From: Azolla caroliniana
Taxonomy: Eukaryota > Plantae > Polypodiophyta
Assembly: GCA_043228905.1 (NCBI GenBank)
Contig: JBHGNT010000004.1
Span: 5,394,001-5,458,000 of the forward strand
Length of the DNA: 64,000 bases
Direction: 5' to 3'
Notes under the pieces: model-generated
Database searches by the model: none
Told to the model about the DNA's origin: nothing
What the model saw: the letters and a program-made list of their open reading frames with translations, nothing else
Made by a program: the position numbers and the translations under genes
In this document: one piece after another, positions 36,040 through 46,500 of the stretch
Position numbering within the stretch: position 1 is the first letter of the stretch
Layout of the letters: every line of letters begins with the position of its first letter

Positions 36040-39000
36040 TTATTCAATTCCGCTTTCATCCGAATTGGTTGTCTCCAATTCCTCTTTAGTCTTTAGGCCT
36101 TTGACAATGTCAGACCATGTCTTGGTCTTGGCCTTACCTGCCCCTAATTCGGTTGTCCTTGGCTCTTCCCTACGATTACGGCCCTTGCTCTCTTCTTCGG
36201 CTTCTTCAGCCAGCCCGGAATCGAATTCTACATCCAACTCCGCATCACGATCACTTCCGCCGCAATGATCACCTCCGCTCCTTTCACTCTCTTGTTCCTG
36301 TCTCCCCCTCAAGTTCGGCGTGTCGAGGTGACGCAACCCAAGCTCACACGAGAAATGTCGTAACTTGTCGAGACCAAGAGGCTTGGTGAAAATGTCGGCA
36401 ACCTGTCGATCCGTCGGAACATACGCTAGTTTGATGTCACCTGAAAGGACCCGCTCGCGGATAAAATGGTAATACACCTCAATATGCTTGGTCCGGACGT
36501 GGAATACAGGGTTTTTTGCAAGGTGGATACTGTTGAAGTTGTCGCAATAGATCGTCGTCGGATTGGACACCTCTACATGCAGATCTCGTAACAGTCGTTT
36601 CAGCCAAATGACTTCGCACGTAGCGACAGTCGCCCCTCGATATTGACGAGAAATCGATGCGGAATAGATCACAATAAACGAACTACACGCTGAAATACGA
36701 ATTACAGAAATATGCCAAGAAAAGACAAGATGAACAATGGTGCACAGAGATTTACATGGAAACCCTAAAACGGGGAAAATCACGAGTGAAAAGAATCTTC
36801 ACTATACAAAGTGGATATACAACACCGAGAGGAATACAACACTCTGTCGAGTGTATCAACCGCATAGGGCTCTTCGCGTCTGTTGTTACTCACACAGCTA
36901 TGGCGCGGCTCACACACACACTCTCTCTCTCGCTCTCCTGCACACTACAACTTCTGTACACTGTTCTATACACATCATAAAGTTTGCCCTAGTTGCATAT
37001 ATACTTACGCAACTTCCGTCTATTTACATACGTAGCCCTCATGGGGCGCACATCTAGACTATTTACAATTATAGTCTCCTGAGTTGGCTATGTACACGAT
37101 TCCGGTTTCGGGCTCGGCCTATCGTCCTTGGTCGAGTCCCTCATCAACTCGGCTCCTCTCTCTCCCCATCCAGAGAGACTTGTTTCCTAACAACATCATT
37201 ATTATTACCATAATAATAATAGTCGAATTCTCAAATAGTCGACTCACTGTTTTCGGCTCTTCGACTATCGGCTTTTCGAATTGTCGGCTCTTCCTTCCAC
37301 TGGAGGGACATATTCCCAACAGATATTCGGCCTCCGTGTTCGACAGTGCCACTGTCAACTGCTTTTTGCTGCTCCACGCGATCGCCACACTTCCCAGTGA
37401 GAATGTGTATCCAGATGTGGATCTACAATCGTGGGCATTTTTGGCCCAATCGGAATCCGTGTAGCCAACTAACTGTTCGGCTACACCTAGTCGATATAGC
37501 AATGCCATGTCTTTCATGCCGATTACATATCGCAATATCCTTTGTGCGCACTAAAAGTGTTTGGCCATAGGTTGCGACATAAATTGACTAATTAAGTCGA
37601 TCGGGTAGCTAAGATCCGACCGAGTAATCATCAAATAAATGAGGCTTCCGACAATCTGTCGAAACCGTTGTGGGTCGCATGCCTTTCCCGAATCTCAGCG
37701 AAGCTTTGCGTTTCTATCCAGAGGGGTCGAGATGGGCTTACAGTTTGCCATCCCGAACTTGAAGATCAAATTCAGCGTGTAATGACGATGGCTGATCAAT
37801 ATGCCTTCAAGGGTACGGATCACATTGATCCCGAGGAAGTAATGAAGGTCTCCAAGATCCTTCATTTCAAATGATGCCACAAGTTGAGACTTTGCACGGC
37901 GGATTTTGTTCAGGTCGGCACCGACGATGACTAAATCATCAACATATAACAGAAGGCTTAGCGGGCCGTGTTGACCTTGTCGAACAAATAGTCAAACTTC
38001 GATGTTGAAAACCCCATCTTACACAACCGTTGCATAATCTTTGCATTCCAAGCTTGTGGGGATTGCTTGAGTCTGTAAAGTGACTTCTTCAATCGGCAAA
38101 CTGCCGAAGTGTTCTGTTCAGATAGAAATCCGGGTGGCTGTACCATGTACACCTGTTCCTCAAGATCGCCTTGCAGGAACGCGTTCTTTACATCCATTTG
38201 ATGTAAATGCCACCCCTTCGCCACTACTACAGCTAGCAAGACACGCACGGTAGTCATCTTCGCAACCAGCGCGAAGGTCTCATCGTAATCCACGTCGTGC
38301 TTTTGCGCATAGCCTTTTGCAACTAAATGGGCCTTATAGCGGTTGACAGAGCCGTCAGTGTTGTACTTGACCTTGTACACCCATTGGCATCCAATCGGCT
38401 TTACACCCTTCAGTGCGTCAACCAAGTCCCACGTCTCATTCTGCGTTAAAGCGCGCATCTCTTCCTCCATTGCGGCATGCCAGTTCGCGTCTTTCGTTGC
38501 TTCTACGTAGCTCTTCGACTCACGCACTTCCGCGACTCGCGTCATGTACGCATAATGGTGCGCCATGTATTCATTGTATATGTATCTCTTAAGGGGGTTC
38601 TTCAGGCGGGTAGATCGGCGTAATTCGTGATTACCCGATTTCATGACCTTTTCGGCCGATTTTGACCTCTTCCACGGAGGTTCCTTTACGATCAGCTCGA
38701 TGTCATATTCGCTCCGAACTGACTCAGCACTGCCGAAATCGTACTCCGGCATTTTCTTCTTGCCCTTCTCCTTGCGCGTAAACCGTCTCCTCGGTTCTTT
38801 ACGCGGGGACATCATGGTCAAGTCTCCACTACTCGCCATCACTTCAATAGGTTGGTCATTTTGGCTCAACCCTTCATTCGGCCCACTTAGCCGAAATGAG
38901 ATCGGACTCTCTCTCAGAGCTCCGATTTCCTCATCATGTAGAGGCATCTCAGCCTCGCTGACTTCTTCCTCAGAATTCGGAATGGAGTCATGAGGGGTTG

Positions 39001-39753
39001 GAGGTGAAGGCAAGTACCACGAAGCGGATTCATCGAACACGACATCTCGACTTACACGTACTTCCTTTGTTCGGGGGTGATAACACTTATACCCCTTCTG
39101 CTCGTATGGATAGCCGACTAAGATGCACTTTTCGGCTTTGGCGTCCAGCTTCCTCCTCTTTTCCTTCGATACGTGTACATATGCAATGCTACCGAAAATC
39201 CTCAAGTGTGCCAAGTTCGGCTTCTTCCCGAAATACAATTCATGTGGCGACACTCCTCCATTAGCAGAAGTTTGATTCTGCAGGTATACAGCCGTCCTCA
39301 CGGCTTCGGCCCAATAGAATTTCAGCATATGCTTCTCTGCAAGCATTGCCCTGGCTGCTTCTTCGATTGTCCAATTCTTCCGCTCGGCCACGCCGTTCTA
39401 CTACGGTGTGTATTTTCATGAGAATTCACCTCGAATTCCCTCCTTCTGTAAATAACTTGTGAACTGGTCGGAGAAGTACTCCTTCCCGCCATCGAACCGT
39501 AGGCATTTGATCTTACGCCCTGTTTCCCTTTCCGCGAGGCTCTTCACCTTCAGGAAGCATGTGAAACCTTCGCTCTTCTTCGCGATCGTGCATACCCACG
39601 TGTGCCGAGTGAAGTCGTCGATGAAGGTTACAAAGTAGCGGCTTCCACCGAGACTCACGTTTTGTGCCGGACCCCACACATCCGAATGGATCAAATCCAG
39701 TGGATTTCGACTACGATTACACTCGTTGGGGAATGGAAGTCAGTGTTGTTTTC
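36040..39753 (-). pseudogene. C5 integrase-RT-RNase H pseudogene
   Basis: IHSDVWGP, FDGGKEY, QMDVKNAFLQG, YTDSDWA, RTKHIEVYYH; interrupted by a solo LTR and by G4. Confidence 0.92.
36644..37321 (-). mobile_element. Copia-type solo LTR (TSD GATAT) in C5 RNase H
   Basis: TG...CA, 678 bp; GATAT at 36639-36643 and 37322-37326; starts TGTTGGGA like C1/C4 LTRs. Its removal restores TEAEY|RGATVATCE. Confidence 0.87.
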
Positions 39754-40253
39754 TGTTAATCGACTAATTACTAACTACTACCGATACAGAAGAGTGAACG
39801 TCGCTACTCAACGTTCTAACAAGGAATTGTGTTTTACGAACAGAAATATACTATATTAATTGGTAATTACCGTGATCGTTACTTAGTTATAAATTAGGAA
39901 GATTGCACTTAACAAAATAGACAATAGAAAGAACACAGAATCCGTACATGATATTCCTAACTTAAACTTATATTACTAAATAAACGACCTTTCTTACAAT
40001 GCCTTCGGTTCCCTTTTATAGGTATACCGAAGGTCTTTTCTCATCAAGAACTATTCCTACTTACTATCAAGAATTACAGAATTATCTAACTAACTCAGTT
40101 CTCTTCGTTCACTACTGAGTCATCGATCCGAACAGTCGCTCCGAACCGACTCCGTTTTCAACGCTTTCCCACTTGTTCGGTAAAACTGACTGTCCGGGTC
40201 CGGGTAACACTTGGCACGTCTGTGGGCCAGGACCTTGTCCAGCGAACCCACGC

Positions 40254-43112
40254 CTATTCCTGTAGCTCTTCATCCGAATCGTTCAGAATATCAAAAATCG
40301 AAGGCTCTTCTGGCCTTGGATGTATTCCATCTATATCTTCCTCTTCATCTTCATCTTCATCTGTGTCACAGTCGTCATTCGGAGCAGGTTTTGAATGTTG
40401 TGATTCGGTTGGTTGCTCTGGTTCACTTATTCCGGGAGCTTGAAGAACAGGAGTCTTGCTGGTTCTTTCAGCTTCGATTTTATCCAACTGGACGGAAGTG
40501 CCTATATCATTTTTGTCGAATTCTTGCATAATACGTTGAATTTCTTCTCTGTAAAATGCCGCAATTTCGTCCATATCTTTCATGATATCCTCTTGGATAT
40601 TGTCAATATCCTTTTGTGCCATTTTAAAAAAACCTGCACCTTGGACCTGACGGTTATTTTTGTCGGCACGCAATAACTGTAATTCCGCCGCTTGTGCCGT
40701 CCATAACTTCCATCCTTGCGCAAGGGATTCGTCGATCATTTTCTTTGCTAGGTTTCGATGTTTCCCTATGATGTGTTGCACTTTGTCCTTAGTGATGCTT
40801 GCGTCGAATTGAGCGGCTTGCAACTCTTTCCGTAAATCCGTAATGGTGGCTCGGTTTTCACTTTCAGCCTGCATTAGTTTGGATTCGACTACATATATGT
40901 CCAGCCGCCTTTGTTCCGATATCTTCCGGATTTCGTTCAGTTGTTGTTCGAATGCCGATTTCTCTTTGCTCCATTCCTCCTGCTGTTCCGTAATTCTTCT
41001 GTTGACTTCTTCAAGACTCCGCTCTTTTTCTGTCAATTGACTTTCCTGTGACACTATATACCTTTCGAATTCCTCAATTTGTTCGGTATATGTATGATTG
41101 GCCGTCTTAGCTTCTTCCAGATTTTTCTGTAATTCATTTATTAATTGATTTTTTTCTTCGAGAACTTTGTATTGGCCATTCTGAATGGTTTCTATTTGTT
41201 TTTATAATTCTGTAGTTCGAAATACAGCATTGTTGGCCCTTGTTGTTTCTGCTTGACGTGCTTTCTCGGCGTCCTCCAATTTCTGCTGCCATTCTGACTC
41301 TGACGCCATAGGTCATGTCTGTGTTTCCGATTTGTTTAGACTTTCTTTTAGTTCTTTATTTTCTGTCTGTATGTTACAAAACTGACGTTTCAGCACCTCC
41401 GCCGATGCTTATACACTTTTGTATCTTTCAGCCATATCACTGCCTGCTTTGCGTGCCTTTTCATATTCTCTATGAATTTCGACCAGTGCTTCATGTAATG
41501 GTGGCATTTCAATAGCCTCCCCTCTATTCTGTGCATTTCTTTTCCGGCCGATTTTCTCTATCTCTGCTTTTTCTTGAGGTTCCAACACTCCTCGTAAGGA
41601 CTTCTGTATCATTATTCGGTCATGATGTTCTTGAGCCAGCCGTTCTGATACTTCTGTCAATCTTCTATGAATTTCGACCAGTGCTTCATGTAATGGTGGC
41701 ATTTCAATAGCCTCCCCTCTATTCTGTGCATTTCTTTTCCGGCCGATTTTCTCTATCTCTGCTTTTTCTTGAGGTTCCAACACTCCTCGTAAGGACTTCT
41801 GTATCATTATTCGGTCATGATGTTCTTGAGCCAGCCGTTCTGATACTTCTGTCAATCTTCTATGAATTTCGACCAGTGCTTCATGTAATGGTGGCATTTC
41901 AATAGCCTCCCCTCTATTCTATGCATTTCTTTTCCGGCCGATTTTCTCTATCTCTGCTTTTTCTTGAGGTTCCAACACTCCTCGTAAGGACTTCTGTATC
42001 ATTATTCGGTCATGATGTTCTTGAGCCAGCCATTCTGATACTTCTGTCAATCTTCTAGCCAACCATTCAACCAGTTCGTATGAAGTTCCGAACTGTAAAA
42101 TGGCAGCTAATTCATGTGCTGCTGGTGGAATATCCAAGCACCCATGTGCTTCCCGAATTGCTACTTTTGAAGATTGTCCTTGTTGAAGTTGTGTCGAAAC
42201 GCTCTCATTCCCTGGTTTTATTACTTCTGTTACTACAGGCGTATTCGAATTTTCCTTTGTGCGTTGCCTTTTCGGTGCTGACTCATCACTGTTTTCTTGT
42301 TGGAATTGCCGATTAGCCTTTTGTTTAACCCTTGTCCTTTGTGGCATCTTCTCTGCTTGTTGTCGATTTTCTGTCGACTGCTGCTTGTTTATCAAATGGT
42401 CAACTGTTTCTTGTTCGGCTGCTGGTTGCCTGTTTTCGGAATTCTCTGGTCTTGGTGGTTCCGACTGAGGCATTTCCGTTTGTATATTATCGGCATGTGC
42501 CGATTCTTCCTCTATCCATTCTTCATGTGCTACCTGTCGGTGTCTTCGAGGTGCTTGTACTATCGGTGGTCTTCTTGACTGAACAGGAGTTTCTGATTCT
42601 TGAATCGGAAACAATACCGATAGCCAACGACCAAAAATTTGCTTCATTGGTTTTCCTGTTTTTACCCCTTGTAGCTGCTCTCTCAGAGCTTCCCCCGACA
42701 ATAGTGGCCAGTTGAAATCCTCTTTTTCGTATGCGGCTATGATAAACCCAGCCCTTTTTTTCGGCATACGATAAAAACGGGGACTGACAAATCCCACCTC
42801 TAGTAAAAATCTAGCCACTTCATGGAAAAACTCATCCCGACCTCCATAAGTCTGATATGCTTTTGCCGAGGGTGAGTATTCTCCGAAATACAATTGGAGT
42901 GCTTCTGATGAAGGTTTTTTAACTGCATCAAAGCCTCCTCTTGGCATCTGTAATGCATTTCGTATTTTCTTTGTGGTGACCTTGGTGATGTCTAATTGTT
43001 GTACCAATTCTTCCGCCTGCGGATGAGGTTCCGCTTCTGCTACTTTGATGAAACCTTGTAAGTTTCTCTCATGAAGCCACAGTCGCAGTTTTTCAGACAC
43101 AGGAATCGGCAT
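40254..43112 (-). pseudogene. G4 extra ORF (~953 codons, coiled-coil-rich, acidic tail) with four in-frame stops
   Basis: ORFs 41919-43391, 41409-41897 and 40254-41054 share one frame; stops at 41919, 41409, 41313 and 41202; likely start MPIPVSEKL at 43112. Confidence 0.8.
41468..42057. repeat. 195-bp (65-codon) tandem repeat x3
   Basis: TATGAATTTCGACCAG at 41471, 41666 and 41861; units nearly identical. Confidence 0.95.
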
Positions 43113-43510
43113 GACTTCTGTGTTTGCTTGTTCTGAATCACTTGTCGATGACGGTTGGAAATCTGCACAGCTTCTGTAGCGATGAAAATCAGAAAAACAG
43201 AGTTTGGGCGAGCTAGGGCACGAAGGCTCAGAATGTTTCGAGATCTGCACTCGTTTCTGTTGCTTTGGCGACACAGAAGATACAGAAATATGCTTTAAAG
43301 ATATTAACTTATGCATTATGACTAAAGAATAGTAATTGCTATTAATGTAGGAATTAATTAGTATTAACTCTACGTGTAGTGGTTGTACCACTTACTAATA
43401 ATAATGCAATTCCTCTTCCTATTTATAGTCGATTCAGACTGTTATGGCAAGATTCTATTTCTGCATTGACAAGAACTTCTTCTTTTTTTTTCTTTTTTTT
43501 TCTTTTTTTT

Positions 43511-46500
43511 TTATTCTTCCGTTTGAATAAACGGGTTTACCGGCATATCTCCCAAATACGGTTTAAGCCAGAATCCATTTACCCATTTCGGTAAAACCTC
43601 TCCGGTTAATGATCCCAGCTGATACGTACCATTTTTACTATTAATTATCCATACTGGACCTGTCCATCTATACCGGAGTTTCCCAGGCATAAGTCCCATT
43701 TTCGTCTGGAATACCAATACCGGTTTCCCAATTTCGAATTGCTCTTCCGATTTCCTTCGATGTCGATTTACGAATGCCTTGATTTGTCTCTGCTTGTGTT
43801 CTAGTGCTGACATTGATTGAATCCGTTCTTCTTCTAATACTAATAAAGCCTCTTTGCGTATCTGCTCCGATTCTATTTCATTTAACTTATTCGTCGCTTG
43901 GATACGAAGTGTCGGAATTTGAAATTCGATCGGCATAACAGCTTCAAGTCCGAATGCCATTCGGAAAGGTGTTGATTTAATGGATGTTTTGTACGAAGTA
44001 CGATATGCCCATAATGCACTATTTAACTTTTGATCCCAATCAGTACGATTTTCATTCACTATCTTCTTTAAAATTGTTTGAATTGTTTTATTTGTCGATT
44101 CTGCCAATCCATTAGCTTGGGGATAGTAAGGCGTACTTTTCTTATGAACTACGGCATAATAATTGGTTAATTCGTGAATTAACTTGTTAATAAAATGAGT
44201 GCCTTGATCGCTTACCAATTCTATTGGGCAACTGAATCGACACCATATATTTTCATACAGGAATTTTGTTGTGGATGCTGCTGTATTGTCTCTGAGAGCT
44301 TTTGCTTCAACCCATTTTGTGCAATAGTCAGTCGCAATTATGATATATCGATTACCGGTTCTTGCAGCTGCTGGTTTGAATGGGCCAACAAAATCTAAGC
44401 CCCATTTCTGAAATGGCTCAAGAGGTAAAACCAGTTGAAAAGGCATTCGATCCTTTTCGGTCGGTTGCCCCATTCTTTGACACAAATCGCATTTCTTACA
44501 GTATTCGTTAGCATCTTTCATCACCGTTGGCCACCATAACCCGCTATTCCATATTTTTCTGGCTGTTGCTTCTCCTGCGTAATGACCGCCAGCAATTCCA
44601 CAATGTGACTCTGTTAATATGGCTAATTTTTCAAATTTCCGTACTGCCCTTCGCCATATTCCATCCGCTCCTTTATGATACAACATGTCATTAAATAAAC
44701 AAAAATTTTGACTTCGTACTGCAATTCTTTTTCTTTCATCTGTCGACATGTGTTCGGCCGGAATTCCTGTTGATAGAAATATCGTCATTTCGGAAATCCA
44801 TTCATCCTCTTTTTCCTCATTCATTTCTTGTGCTTTTACTGCCTCAACCCGAAATAATTGAGTATCTGGAAAATCATCTTTAACACCAACCGCTTCTTCT
44901 CCAGATTCAAGCCGACTGAGATAGTCAGCAATCGCGTGTTGTGCTCCTGGTCGATGTATAATGTCGAATTCAAACTCTTGAAGCAATAACGTCCATCTGG
45001 CTAACTTGCCTGTCAATTCTTGTTTGGAAACTAGATACAGTAGAGCCGAATGATCCACATGAAATGTAAATTTCTTACCCAAAAGGTAATGTCGAAATTT
45101 GTTCACACTATATATCATTCCCAAAGCTTCTCTTTTGGTTGTTGAATAGTTTCTTTCAGCCGACGAAAGTTTCCTACTGGCATAGTATACCGGCCTATAC
45201 CAGTTTGGTTCGGATAATTGCATTAAAGCACTGCCTATGGCAATGTCCGACGCATCAACGAAAACATGAAATGGTTTGTTCCAGTCCGGTGGTTGGACTA
45301 CCGGAACCTTTGTCAGCATCTTCTTGAGACATTCGTATGCATCTTGTTCTATACTTGTCCATATAAAAGGAACTTTGTGTACTGCTGTGTGTAACGGAAT
45401 AGCAATGTCTGCTAGATATCTAATCATTTTACTGTGCCACCGAATTTGACCCAAAAATCTACTTAGAGCTTTAGCATTTGTCGGTGGTGTTGCCTCAATA
45501 ATTGCTTTAACTTTGTCCGGGTCCACTGCAATCCCTTCTTGACTGACAATATGCCCAAGTAACGTACCACTCATTACTCCGAATGCGCATTTGGCTGGAT
45601 TTAAGCTAAGACGCCCTTTTCGACATTTTTCTAAACATAGCCGTAAATGCTCAAAATGATCAGCTTTCCGACTATATACCGCAAAATCATCTAAAAACAC
45701 CTGCATGAAAGCTGGAATATATTCCCCGAATATTTCCTGTATTACCCGCTGAAATGTAGCTGGAGCTGTTTTTAAACCGAACATCATTACTACTGCCACA
45801 AAGACACCCCATTCTGTGACAAAAGCTGTCTTTTCCTGATCTTCCGGATTCATCCGTACTTGGTTGTACCCATTGAACCCATCCAAGAAACTATAAATTT
45901 CATGTCCAGCTACTGCATCTAATATCCCATCTGTGAATGGTAACGGAAACGCATCCGTAATTGTCGCTGCATTCAATTTTCTGTAATCCACACATACGCG
46001 AATTTTCCCATTCTTTTTCGGAACTACTACTATCGGACTCAGCCATGTTGATTTTTTGACGGGTCGAATAAATCCTACTTTTAAGAGTTTATCGATTTCT
46101 TCTTTTACTTTGATAGCATAATTCGGATTCAACCTGTACCTGCGTTGTTGTACTGGCTTTGCATCTTTATGCAAATTGATTTGATGTTGACAAAAAGCGG
46201 GATCCAGACCTTTCATATCGTCAAACGACCATGCAAAAACATCTTTATATTGTAATAGTAATGTTGTTAATGTCCGTTTGTCATTTTCCGCCAAATCTCT
46301 AGCAATCAAGACTGTTTTTCTTTCACCATCCTCTACTCCTGCCAAATCGATCTCCTCTAATGTTGAGGCTTGCACTCTCTGAGATACCTTCATTTCCTTA
46401 TCTGTAGCTTCTTGTTGCATTCGTATTTCTTTCATTGTTTGCTCATCTATTGGCACTTCTTTGTGTGAGTCTACATATGGTGTTAATGCTTGCAAAATAT

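Noticed and set aside
40254-43391. G4 extra ORF as envelope gene, or as three separate genes
   Set aside because: No signal peptide or transmembrane helix is visible, and the pieces are in one frame separated only by point stops.
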